Part shown: positions 10,135 through 19,325 of the stretch, in pieces
Numbering within the stretch: the stretch's first letter is position 1
How the letters are laid out: each line of letters begins with the position of its first letter
NCBI GenBank assembly: GCA_965243135.1
Contig: OZ251539.1
Span: forward strand, 5,984,001 to 6,048,000
From: Alphaproteobacteria bacterium
GTDB lineage: Bacteria; Pseudomonadota; Alphaproteobacteria; MPNO01; UBA830
DNA length: 64,000 nucleotides
Reading direction: 5' to 3'
Made by a program: the position numbers and the translations under genes
Notes under the pieces: model-generated
Told to the model about the DNA's origin: nothing
Database searches by the model: none
The model's input: the letters and a program-made list of their open reading frames with translations, nothing else

Positions 10135-11018
10135 AGCGGCGGCGTTTCGGGGTCTGGTTCGCGGGCCTGCCGGGGCCGGTCCGCGGCGCGTGCTGGCTGC
10201 TTGCGAGCGGATTCTGCCTCACCGCCATGGCGGCCGCCGTCCGGCATCTGTCGTCGGGCCTTCACGTCTTCGAGATCGCGTTCTTCCGAACCGGGCTGGG
10301 GATCGTCTTCATGGCGCCGTGGATGATCCGGACCCGGTTCGCCGGGTTGCGGACCCGCAGCGTGCCGGGCCTCGCCGGACGCGCCGTCGCCACGAGCGTC
10401 GCGACCATCGGTTATTTCTACGCGCTGACGAAGATTCCGCTGGCGGACGCGGTCGCCATCATGTTCACGCGTCCGCTCTACGGCACGATCTTCGCGATCG
10501 CGTTCCTCGGAGAAATGGTGGGGTTGCGGCGCTGGACGGCGCTCGCGGTCGGATTCGCGGGGGTTCTGGTCATGGTGCGGCCCGGCTTCGACGCGTTCAA
10601 CCTCGGGATCCTGTCCGTATTCGTCGCGTCGATCGCGGGCGCGGCGGCGGCGGTCTTCATACGCTATCTCTCGCGCCGGGAGTCGCCGGACACGATCACC
10701 ATCTACTACGTTTTCTTCACGACGCCGGTGATGGCCGTCCTCGCCGCGTTCGAGTGGCGCATGCCGACGCCGGAGGAGCTGGGCTGGCTGCTGTTCATGG
10801 GGCTCGTCGGAACGCTGGGGCAGCGCGCCATGAGCCGCGGCTTCGCGGCGGCCGACATCTCGATCATGCTGCCCATGGACTTTTCCCGCCTGCTGGTCGC
10901 CGCGCTGTTCGGCTTCGCGCTGTTTTCGGAGACGCCTTCCGCGCACACCGCCGTCGGAGGGCTCTTGATCTTCTGCGCGACCGTCTACGTCGTCCGCCCG
11001 TCGCGGAACGGCGCGTAG
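10131..11018 (+). CDS. DMT/EamA family transporter (tandem paralog)
   Basis: ATG after AAAGGAGGA with ATGA overlap; EIAFFR, FTRPL, RRW, MVRPG, PMDF. Confidence 0.9.
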   Translation: MKRRRFGVWFAGLPGPVRGACWLLASGFCLTAMAAAVRHLSSGLHVFEIAFFRTGLGIVFMAPWMIRTRFAGLRTRSVPGLAGRAVATSVATIGYFYALTKIPLADAVAIMFTRPLYGTIFAIAFLGEMVGLRRWTALAVGFAGVLVMVRPGFDAFNLGILSVFVASIAGAAAAVFIRYLSRRESPDTITIYYVFFTTPVMAVLAAFEWRMPTPEELGWLLFMGLVGTLGQRAMSRGFAAADISIMLPMDFSRLLVAALFGFALFSETPSAHTAVGGLLIFCATVYVVRPSRNGA

Positions 11019-11124
11019 AACGCCGCCGAAGCGGGGCCGGCGTCCCGTCTTTGGGGGACCGCCGCGCGGTCGTCTCCTCGGCCGGCCTGCGCGGCCCGGC
11101 CGCGGGACCGCCCGACGGCAGGGC

Positions 11125-11433
11125 TCACTCTTCGACGGCCTTGTCGCCTGCGATCGAGTCCATGAATTCGGCGAGCGCCACGTCGCGTTCCGAAACGCCT
11201 CCCGCGTCGTGCGTCGAGAGGGTGACGTCGACGCGATCGTAGACGTTGAACCATTCCGGATGATGGTCCATTCGCTCGGCCTTCAGGGCGGCCCGCGACA
11301 TGAAGCCGAAGGCCTCGTTGAAGTCCCGGAAGCGGTAGGATTTGCGAATGGCGTCGCGGTCCGGCGCTTCCTTCCAGCCCCCGAGCGATTCCAGCGCCGT
11401 TTCGCGCGCGGCTCCGGCGAGTCTTTCCACCAT
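11125..11433 (-). CDS. phhB: Pterin-4a-carbinolamine dehydratase
   Basis: [35 protein letters not shown]; RBS aggagga. Confidence 0.93.
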   Translation of the reverse strand: MVERLAGAARETALESLGGWKEAPDRDAIRKSYRFRDFNEAFGFMSRAALKAERMDHHPEWFNVYDRVDVTLSTHDAGGVSERDVALAEFMDSIAGDKAVEE

Positions 11434-11501
11434 GTCGGAATCTCCTCCTGCGTTGATCGCGGCGGCCTGACGGGCCCCGGCCGTCAGGCTATCATGAGGA
11501 C

Positions 11502-11891
11502 ATGAGCCGCCGCCACACCACCGCGCCCACCCTCGACGAGATCGAGGCCCTCGCGCGCGAGGCCTACGGCAGCCTTCCGGGGTCGTTCCGCGAACTCGCG
11601 AGGGACGTCGTATTCCGGGTCCAGGACTTTCCCGATCGCGAAACGGAGCGCGAGATGGGGCTGCAGAGCCCGTTCGACCTGATGGGCCTCTATCACGGCA
11701 CGCCGATCGGCGAGAAGGAGTCGAGCGCGGCGGCGGTCGACATGGTGTTCCTGTATCGCCGCCCGCTGCTCGATTACTGGTGCGAAACCGAGGAGGATCT
11801 CGCGCATCTGGTGCGTCACGTGGTGGTTCACGAGATCGGGCATCATTTCGGGTTGTCGGACGAGGACATGGAACGCATCGAGAAAGGGTGA
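11502..11891 (+). CDS. Minimal zincin-like metallopeptidase (Zincin_1 family)
   Basis: [30 protein letters not shown]. Confidence 0.9.
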   Translation: MSRRHTTAPTLDEIEALAREAYGSLPGSFRELARDVVFRVQDFPDRETEREMGLQSPFDLMGLYHGTPIGEKESSAAAVDMVFLYRRPLLDYWCETEEDLAHLVRHVVVHEIGHHFGLSDEDMERIEKG

Positions 11892-11996
11892 CGCCGTCCG
11901 CGGCCGGTCCGGGCGCGCCGCCCGTTCGCCGGCGGCGATGCGCGGGCGCTGCCCGGCGAGCGGTCCGCGGAACCCGGCGGCGCCGTCCGGCGGGCG

Positions 11997-12704
11997 TCAC
12001 TCTCCGTACCGGTCGCGGTGGCGCACCCATTCCATCGGGTAGGCCAGGCCCCGTTCGTTCCGCCCCTTCGGAGCGTGGTCGAGAAAGTGATACGCGGTGA
12101 TGAACATGTCGAGGCCGCGGCCGTACGTCGAATACGTGTGATAGATTTCGCCGCCGTCGCCTCTGGCGAACACGCTGAGACCCGGCGCTTCCGTCATCGG
12201 AAACGCGGTTCGCCGGTAATTGTACCAGACCTCGCCTCCCTCGATTTCTTCCGGCGAAAAGGAAACGTCGTAGTCGCGGTTGAAGCCGGCGCCCGCGGAG
12301 GACAGCCATGCGAACGTCCAGCCCATCCGGCGGCGGAACGCCTCGATCTCGGAGAACGGCGCGCTGGAGACGGCGACCAGGGTCACGTCCCGCGCGGCGA
12401 GATGCACGATCGCGGGTTCGAAGTGGTCGGCGAGAAAGGAGCAGCTCGGACAACCGGCTTCCCAGCCAGGGCCCAGCATGAAATGGTAGACCATGAGTTG
12501 TTCGCGTCCGTCGAACAGATCGGAGAGCGACCGCGGACCGTCCGGCCCCTCGAACGCGTAATTCCGTTCCACCCGTTCCCAGGGCAGGTCGCGGCGAGCG
12601 GCGCTGATCGCGTCGCGCGCAAGGGTGAACTCCTTCTCCCTGGCCAGCAGCGCCTTGCGCGCGTCGAGCCATTCCTCGCGAGAAACCACTTTCTTCGGTC
12701 GCAT
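11997..12704 (-). CDS. DUF899 thioredoxin-like protein
   Basis: [62 protein letters not shown]. Confidence 0.92.
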   Translation of the reverse strand: MRPKKVVSREEWLDARKALLAREKEFTLARDAISAARRDLPWERVERNYAFEGPDGPRSLSDLFDGREQLMVYHFMLGPGWEAGCPSCSFLADHFEPAIVHLAARDVTLVAVSSAPFSEIEAFRRRMGWTFAWLSSAGAGFNRDYDVSFSPEEIEGGEVWYNYRRTAFPMTEAPGLSVFARGDGGEIYHTYSTYGRGLDMFITAYHFLDHAPKGRNERGLAYPMEWVRHRDRYGE

Positions 12705-12817
12705 CGCCGTTCTCCCGCAGCTTGGCACGTCCACGATAATCGGTCCGTTACCGTCTTGCCACGGCCGCTTCCCGGCGTCGCCATCCGCCGCGCCGGTCCT
12801 GTCCTCGCGAAACGTCC

Positions 12818-13405
12818 TCAGCGCAGTAAATCCCTCACCCGGCGGCGCAGTTCCGGCAACAGATCGCGGTCGAACCAGGAGTTCTTCTTCTGCCAGGCGG
12901 CGGTCCGCCAGCTGGGATGCGGAGTCGGCAGGTAGTCGGGAAGATAGTCGCGCCATGCGCGGACGGTGTCCGTCATGGTCCTGCCGCGCGTCCTCCCAAG
13001 ATACCATGCCTGGGCGTAAGACCCGACCAGGAGCGTGAGTTCGACATTGCCGAAGACCTCCCGCAGCTTGGGGTGCCACAACGGCGCGCACTCCTTGCGC
13101 GGCGGATAGTCTCCGCCGTTCTCCATGGTTCCGGGATAGCAAAATCCGATCGGAGCGATGGCGATCCGCCCCTCGTCGTAAAACGTCTCTTCGTCGAGAT
13201 CGAGCCATTGCCGCAGGCGCTTGCCGCTGGGGTCGTTCCATGGAACGCCCGTATTGTGCACGCGGATTCCCGGCGCCTGCCCCACGATGCAGAGCCGCGC
13301 CGACTCTCTTCCGCGTATGACCGGCCGCGGCCCGAGCGGCAGGTCGCGCGCGCAATGCTTGCAGGCCCGAATGTCGCGCAGAAGGCCGGCGGATTCCTGA
13401 GGCAC
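12818..13405 (-). CDS. Uracil-DNA glycosylase-like family protein
   Basis: IVGQAPG, PWNDPSGKRLRQWL, GFCYPG, PHPSWR; probable GTG start at 13405 (uncertain). Confidence 0.9.
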   Translation of the reverse strand: MPQESAGLLRDIRACKHCARDLPLGPRPVIRGRESARLCIVGQAPGIRVHNTGVPWNDPSGKRLRQWLDLDEETFYDEGRIAIAPIGFCYPGTMENGGDYPPRKECAPLWHPKLREVFGNVELTLLVGSYAQAWYLGRTRGRTMTDTVRAWRDYLPDYLPTPHPSWRTAAWQKKNSWFDRDLLPELRRRVRDLLR

Positions 13406-13966
13406 CTCGCTTATCCCCGCTGCCGTCGGCGTTTCGGGCGGCGCGCCGACGGTTCCGCGCGTCCGTATCGTCGCCTTCGCGGCTGCATCGCGCGCGGTCG
13501 CTCGCGCGCTCGGCCGAAGCGGGCGGCTTTCTGCGGTCGGTGAACCATCGGGTGCCCGGAACTGTGCTCGTTCGCCGCTCGGGACCATGACGCCTTGGGC
13601 CTGCCGGGGCAAGCTTCTCCGGCGCTCCGCCACCGGCCGCGGACGGCCGGGGCCCCGACGCGCGTCGAGGAACTCCCGCCGCCTTCGGGAAGGCCGGCGC
13701 GCTTTCCGTCCTTCGGCGCGGCCGCGGCGCGGCGTTCGGATTTGTTCGCGCCGCCCGGACGTTCGGCTTCGGGCGGCCTCCGTCCCGCGCCCGAAGCGGC
13801 TTCCGCGCGCGTGCGCTCCTCGGGCGGGACGCCGCCCTCGTTTCCGGCGGCGCTCCGCGGGGTCGAATTTCGCGCCTGATCGCGTTTCGCGCAAAATATT
13901 TGCCTTTCAGGTTGACGAAAGCCGGAAGCAGGGGCATTTCAATGCCGTTGTCCACAAGCTGGAAGC

Positions 13967-14692
13967 ATGGCGATGAGATGGCTGGGGCGGATCGGCGAAG
14001 ACATGCGCGTGATCATGGACAAGGACCCGGCGGCGCGGTCGCGTCTCGAGGTGTTCTTCTGCTATCCCGGTTTTCACGCGATACTCTTCCACCGGGCCGC
14101 GCGCGCCGCGTGGAACGCGCGGCTCTTCTTTCTCGGACGCCTGATCTCGTATGCGGGGCGCATCCTCACCGGCATCGAGATTCATCCGGGCGCGAGGATC
14201 GGCCGCCGCCTGTTCATCGATCACGGCATGGGTTGCGTGATCGGCCAGACCGCGGAGGTGGGCTGCGACGTGACCCTCTATCACGGCGTCACCCTCGGCG
14301 GCGTGTCGCTCGAGCGCAAGAAGCGGCATCCGACTCTCGGCGACCGCGTGGTGGTGGGGGCGGGCGCCCAGGTGCTGGGTCCGGTCGTGATCGGCGACGG
14401 CGCCTTGATCGGCGCCAACGCGGTCGTGCTGGCCGACGTGCCGCCCGGCGTCACGATGGTCGGCGTTCCGGCGCGCCAGGCGGCGCCGCGGAAGGAGTCG
14501 GCCGGCGAGTTCGCCGCCTACGGCACGCCGGCGGGCGGCATTCCCGATCCGACGGCGCGGACGCTGGAAGGGATGATGGGCGAAATCCAGGCGTTGCGCG
14601 CCCGCATCGTCGAACTGGAGGACCGCGGGTGCGTCGTCCCGGCGCCGGACGCGAGCGCGGGGCGGACCGGCAAGGCGGGAGGGCGCGGATGA
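13967..14692 (+). CDS. cysE: Serine O-acetyltransferase
   Basis: [45 protein letters not shown]. Confidence 0.96.
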   Translation: MAMRWLGRIGEDMRVIMDKDPAARSRLEVFFCYPGFHAILFHRAARAAWNARLFFLGRLISYAGRILTGIEIHPGARIGRRLFIDHGMGCVIGQTAEVGCDVTLYHGVTLGGVSLERKKRHPTLGDRVVVGAGAQVLGPVVIGDGALIGANAVVLADVPPGVTMVGVPARQAAPRKESAGEFAAYGTPAGGIPDPTARTLEGMMGEIQALRARIVELEDRGCVVPAPDASAGRTGKAGGRG

Positions 14693-15687
14693 GCGTTCGG
14701 GACGGATTCGCGGGGACGGTGGGCGGCACGCCGCTGATCCGCCTGCGCAAGGCGTCGGAAGCCACCGGCTGCGAGATCCTCGGCAAGGCGGAATTCCTGA
14801 ACCCGGGCGGTTCGGTCAAGGACCGCGCGGCGCTCTACATGATTCTCGACGCCGAGAAGAGAGGCGCGCTTCGGCCCGGCGGCGTGATCGTCGAGGGAAC
14901 GGCGGGCAATACGGGGATCGGCCTCGCGCTGGCGGCGAACCCGCGCGGCTACCGCGTCGTCATCGTCATCCCCGAAACCCAGAGCCGCGAGAAGATGGAC
15001 ATGTTGCGGCTGTGCGGCGCCGAGCTCATGCCCGTTCCCGCGAAGCCCTACCGCGATCCCGACAACTACGTCCGAATGTCGGAGCGCGTGGCCGCCGAGT
15101 ACGCGGAGAAGGAGCCGAACGGCACGTTGTGGGCCAACCAGTGGGACAATCCCGCCAACTGGCGCGGACATTACGAGTCCACAGGCCCGGAAATCTGGGA
15201 CCAGACGGGCGGCCGGGTGGACGGCTTCGTCTGCGCCATAGGCACCGGCGGCACGCTGGCGGGCGTCTCGACCTATCTCCGGGAGCGCAATCCCGACGTC
15301 CGGATCGGACTCGCGGATCCCGAGGGCGCCGCCATGTACAGTTATTTCGCGACGGGGGAGCTGGCGTCCGAGGGGTCGTCGATCACCGAGGGGATCGGCC
15401 AGGGGCGAGTGACCGGCAACGTGGCCCAGGCGCGCGTGGATCTGCCGTTCCGCATTCCCGACGCGGAAGCGCTTCCGGTGATCTTCGATCTCCTGAAGGA
15501 CGAGGGCCTCTGTCTCGGGGGATCGTCCGGCGTCAACGTGGCGGGCGCCGTCCGCCTCGCGCGGGAGTTGGGTCCCGGCCATACCGTCGTCACCGTTCTT
15601 TGCGACGGCGGACAACGTTACCAATCGAAGCTGTTCAACCCGGAATACCTTCGCGAGAAGGGACTCCCGGCGCCGGGATGGCTGTGA
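14689..15687 (+). CDS. cysK: Cysteine synthase
   Basis: [14 protein letters not shown] (PLP lysine), [21 protein letters not shown]; ATGA overlap with cysE. Confidence 0.94.
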   Translation: MSVRDGFAGTVGGTPLIRLRKASEATGCEILGKAEFLNPGGSVKDRAALYMILDAEKRGALRPGGVIVEGTAGNTGIGLALAANPRGYRVVIVIPETQSREKMDMLRLCGAELMPVPAKPYRDPDNYVRMSERVAAEYAEKEPNGTLWANQWDNPANWRGHYESTGPEIWDQTGGRVDGFVCAIGTGGTLAGVSTYLRERNPDVRIGLADPEGAAMYSYFATGELASEGSSITEGIGQGRVTGNVAQARVDLPFRIPDAEALPVIFDLLKDEGLCLGGSSGVNVAGAVRLARELGPGHTVVTVLCDGGQRYQSKLFNPEYLREKGLPAPGWL

Positions 15688-16280
15688 TGGGCCTCATGCT
15701 GTTGTCGCGGCGGCCGTCGCCGTTCGGGCGCAAGATCGTCTTCGCCGCGGAACATCTCGGACTCGACCTGGACGTCCGGGAAGCCGACGACGAAGAGCTG
15801 CTGCGCAGCCGGAATCCGCTCGCCAAGGTTCCCACGCTCGTTCTGGAGGACGGGCGCGCCCTCTACGACAGCCGCGTCATTCTGGAATTTCTCGACGCTC
15901 GTTCCGGCGGCGGGCGCATCGTTCCGGCGGAACCGGGGGCGCGCTTCGAGGCGCTGCGCCAGGCGGCGCTCGCCGACGGCGTTCTGGAAGCCGCGCTGCT
16001 GATCGTCTACGAGGCGCGCTACCGTCCCGACCGCGAGCCCTACGAGCCGTGGCTCGAGTTCCAGCGCGGCAAGGTCGCGCGCGGACTGGCGGCGATGAAC
16101 GACGCGCCGCCCGCGATCGATCGGCTGACCGTCGGCGGCATCGGGCTTGCATGCGCACTCGAGTACCTCGATTTCCGCCGGCCGTATCTCTGGCGGACGG
16201 ACGTTCCGGCGCTGGCCGGCTGGCTGGCCCTCTTCAACGCCGCCCATCCGGCGTTCGCGAACTCGCGTCCGCCGGGCTGA
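15687..16280 (+). CDS. Glutathione S-transferase family protein
   Basis: SPFGRK, NPLAKVPTL, LYDSRVILEFLD, ALEYLDFR. Confidence 0.9.
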   Translation: MGLMLLSRRPSPFGRKIVFAAEHLGLDLDVREADDEELLRSRNPLAKVPTLVLEDGRALYDSRVILEFLDARSGGGRIVPAEPGARFEALRQAALADGVLEAALLIVYEARYRPDREPYEPWLEFQRGKVARGLAAMNDAPPAIDRLTVGGIGLACALEYLDFRRPYLWRTDVPALAGWLALFNAAHPAFANSRPPG

Positions 16281-16295
16281 CCGCGTTTTTCGCCG

Positions 16296-16829
16296 CTACC
16301 TCAGGCCGAATTCCGCCAAGGGGACGTACGCGTACCCCGAACGCCCCGGCCGGCTTTCGTAGAGCACGAATTCCCTCGCCTCGAACGGCGGCGCGGCGAA
16401 GCGCGCGGCACCCTCGAGCCACGCTCTGACGTGATCCGGCCGCGCGCGGCCGAGCCGGGCGATCGTCACGTGAGGCGCGTATTTTCGGCTTTCGTAGGCG
16501 AGGCCGCACGAAGCCAGCGCGCGGTCGATCCGGTCGCGCAGGATCAGCAGCTCGGGCGCGGCGCGGACCCCGATCCAGACGGAGTAGGCTTTCTTGCGGT
16601 TGCCGAAGTGCCCCGAGCCTTCAAGCGTCACGGCGACGGGATCGGAACGGACGTCCGCCAGCGCTTCGGCGACGTCGCCGCCGGCGGCTTCGTTGACTTC
16701 GCCGATGAAGCGCAACGTGACGTGCAGGTTCTCCGGCGCGACCCATCGCGCGCCGTCCACGCCGGCGGCCAGCGCGGAGAGGCGCGCGCGGTGTTCTTCG
16801 GGAACGGCCAGCGCCGTGAACAGTCGCAT
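16296..16829 (-). CDS. thpR: RNA 2',3'-cyclic phosphodiesterase (2H family)
   Basis: MRLFTAL, two HxT motifs (HVTLRFIG, PHVTIAR). Confidence 0.92.
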   Translation of the reverse strand: MRLFTALAVPEEHRARLSALAAGVDGARWVAPENLHVTLRFIGEVNEAAGGDVAEALADVRSDPVAVTLEGSGHFGNRKKAYSVWIGVRAAPELLILRDRIDRALASCGLAYESRKYAPHVTIARLGRARPDHVRAWLEGAARFAAPPFEAREFVLYESRPGRSGYAYVPLAEFGLR

Positions 16830-16842
16830 CTCGTCTTCCTCG

Positions 16843-17949
16843 TCAGGAGAATACCGTCAGAACGCCCGTGTAGCCGTAGAGGCGGTTCTTGGAGATTTCG
16901 CCGTTGGCGAAGAAGCCGATCAGAGGCGCGTCCTCGCCGAGAGCGGCCCGAACCGCCTTCGCCTCCTCGGAGTTCGGTCCGAAGAGGTTGGGTCCGCGGG
17001 CGACGCAGGAGACGTAGAGCGCGGCTTTCGGCGGGCCGCCCATGCGGCCGGTCACGTCGACCAGCATGCGGTCGAGGTCTTTCGCGGCGGCTTCGGCGTC
17101 CCGGCGCACGAACATGACGCGGTCGCCGGGAGAGACCCTGTCGCCGATCGCGATCAGTTTCTCCCGGGCGTCGATCCCGAGCAGATTGCGCACCAGGTAG
17201 TCGCCCGTGTCGTCGCCGGAGATCGGCAGCGCGGCGTGAATCGGGACGCGTTCGCGCAGCAGCGCTTCGCCGACGTCTTCCCTGAACACGTCGAGCGCCG
17301 CTCGCCCGTCCAGTTCGGCAATGACGTTGTCGTCGGCGGCGGTCACTTCGCGAACGCCGCCCACCGGCGCGCATCCCTGGCTCAAGCCGCAGGTCACGGG
17401 CACGTTTCCGGCGAACAGCGCGCCGCATACGCCGCCCTCGACGACGCGATCCGCAAGCTGGGCGTGCCGCCCCCGAGAGGAGGTCAGGCCGCCGACGAGG
17501 AAAGCGTCCGTGTCGTCCGATATCGAGTCGAGAATTTCCGGGACGTAGGCATTGTTCGGGTCGGCGTGAACCACGCCCAACATGGGACGGGCGCGCTCGA
17601 TCCACCGCGTCACGTCCGCGTCCAGCGCGTCGCCCGGCTTCTCGACGGGCGGCAGAACCCGGAACGATTCGTCCGGGAACGCCCCCAGCATCGCCGCGAT
17701 CGCCGGTTTTCCGTAATGTTCCCGGGCGCCGGCCAGCACGCCGATGCCGATCGTTCCGATCCAGTGGGCGACGCCGGTTCGTTCGCGAAGCGTCGCGGCG
17801 ATTCGCGGCAATTCGTCGGCCAGCATGTCGGTGACGTAGAGAAAGCCGAGGTTCGCGCCTTCCGGGGGCGTTCCCATCCGTTCGAGGCAGGAAAGGGCGA
17901 GTTCTTCCCAGTCGCCGTCCGCGGCGTGTCCGAAAGCGGCGTCGTCCAT
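16843..17949 (-). CDS. FIST domain signal-transduction protein
   Basis: LVGGLTSS, SQGCAPVG, DYLVRNLLGID, SCVARG, GFFANGEI, LYGYT. Confidence 0.9.
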   Translation of the reverse strand: MDDAAFGHAADGDWEELALSCLERMGTPPEGANLGFLYVTDMLADELPRIAATLRERTGVAHWIGTIGIGVLAGAREHYGKPAIAAMLGAFPDESFRVLPPVEKPGDALDADVTRWIERARPMLGVVHADPNNAYVPEILDSISDDTDAFLVGGLTSSRGRHAQLADRVVEGGVCGALFAGNVPVTCGLSQGCAPVGGVREVTAADDNVIAELDGRAALDVFREDVGEALLRERVPIHAALPISGDDTGDYLVRNLLGIDAREKLIAIGDRVSPGDRVMFVRRDAEAAAKDLDRMLVDVTGRMGGPPKAALYVSCVARGPNLFGPNSEEAKAVRAALGEDAPLIGFFANGEISKNRLYGYTGVLTVFS

Positions 17950-17953
17950 CGCT

Positions 17954-18622
17954 CTATTCCTCGCCGCCCAGCAGGCGGATTACGTACGGCAGGATCCGTT
18001 CGACGATCACGGACACGCCCGCGGCATTGGGGTGAATGCCGTCCGTCTGGTTGAGCGCCGGGTCGGCGGCGACGCCACCGAGAAAGAACGGGTAAAGGTC
18101 GAGGCCGTGCTTTCTCGCGAGGTCGGGGTAGATGCGCCGGAACGCCTCCTCGTACGCCTTTCCCCAATTGGGCGGAGCGTACATGCCGGCCAGCAGGATC
18201 TCCACGCCGGCCCGGCGCAGGCGAGACAGCAGCCGATCGAGGTTGTCGCGGGCGATCGCAGGGTCGATTCCCCGCAGCGCGTCGTTGGCGCCCAGCTCGA
18301 CCACGGCGTGGGACGGCCGGTCGGCCAGCGCCCAGTCGATCCGGGCGAGCCCGCCGGCGGTGGTGTCGCCGGAGACGCCGCCGTCGAAAACGGTCACCTC
18401 CAGGCCGCGCCCGCGCAGCGCCGCTTCCAGCCGGGCCGGGAACGCCTGGTCTTGCGGAAGCCCGTAGCCGGCCGTCAGGCTGTCGCCCAACAGCAGCAAC
18501 CGGGCGGCGTCCGCCGGTCCCGCCTGCAGGACGACGGCGAGCGCGATCGCGGAGAGCAGATGTTTAAGAAGACGGACGGACGCACTATATGAAGGGCATC
18601 CCCGAACTTGGCGGAGCGCCAT
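17954..18622 (-). CDS. tesA: Arylesterase / acyl-CoA thioesterase I (SGNH/GDSL hydrolase)
   Basis: GDSLTAGYGL, GVSGDTT, ELGANDALRG, DGIHPN; signal-peptide-like region; start uncertain. Confidence 0.9.
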   Translation of the reverse strand: MALRQVRGCPSYSASVRLLKHLLSAIALAVVLQAGPADAARLLLLGDSLTAGYGLPQDQAFPARLEAALRGRGLEVTVFDGGVSGDTTAGGLARIDWALADRPSHAVVELGANDALRGIDPAIARDNLDRLLSRLRRAGVEILLAGMYAPPNWGKAYEEAFRRIYPDLARKHGLDLYPFFLGGVAADPALNQTDGIHPNAAGVSVIVERILPYVIRLLGGEE

Positions 18623-19325
18623 GAAAGACGATATCGGCATCCGGGAACCCATGGTTCTTCTCGACGGCGTCGAGCTGAAACTGGAGAGCGAAGCGGGTTC
18701 CGTCAACATCCTCAAAGGAATAAATCTCCGGATCTCGGCCGGGGAAACGGTCAGCGTGGTGGGTCCGTCCGGTTCCGGAAAGACCTCGATGCTGCTGCTC
18801 GTCGGCGGACTGGAGCGGCAGACGGCGGGCCGCGTGATCGTGGCGGGACAGGATCTGCGGACCCTCGACGAGGACGGCCTCGCCCGTTTCCGCCGGGACA
18901 ACGTGGGCATCGTGTTCCAGAATTTCCACCTGGTCCCGACCATGTCCGCTCTGGAGAACGTCGCCATTCCCATCGAACTCGCCGGCCTGGGAGACGCGCT
19001 GGACCGCGCGCGCGGCGCGCTGGGCTCGGTCGGCCTCGAGAATCGATTGTCGCATTACCCCGGCCAGCTGTCGGGCGGCGAACAGCAGCGCGTGGCGCTG
19101 GCGCGCGCCATCGTGACGCGGCCGCGGCTTCTCCTCGCCGACGAGCCCACCGGCAATCTCGACGGCCGGACGGGCGACGCGGTGATCGAGCTCCTGTTCG
19201 CGCTGCGGGCGGAACACGGCGCGACCCTGGTGCTGATCACGCACAATCCGGCGCTCGCGCGCCGGTGCGCTCGCACGATCGAACTGGAGGACGGCGCGGT
19301 CGGCGCGGACCGCGTCGCCGCATGA
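18621..19325 (+). CDS. ABC transporter ATP-binding protein (YbbA-like)
   Basis: GPSGSGKT, LSGGEQQRV, LLADEPTGNLD; divergent from tesA as in the known tesA-ybbA-ybbP layout; true start may be 18651. Confidence 0.93.
   Translation: MKDDIGIREPMVLLDGVELKLESEAGSVNILKGINLRISAGETVSVVGPSGSGKTSMLLLVGGLERQTAGRVIVAGQDLRTLDEDGLARFRRDNVGIVFQNFHLVPTMSALENVAIPIELAGLGDALDRARGALGSVGLENRLSHYPGQLSGGEQQRVALARAIVTRPRLLLADEPTGNLDGRTGDAVIELLFALRAEHGATLVLITHNPALARRCARTIELEDGAVGADRVAA

Noticed and set aside
13406-13966. Long GC-rich intergenic region (also 22713-23133 and 35672-36205) as riboswitch/ncRNA
   Set aside because: Only generic GC hairpins and a possible TTGACG -35 near 13912; no recognisable RNA family motif. 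An Rfam scan would be needed.
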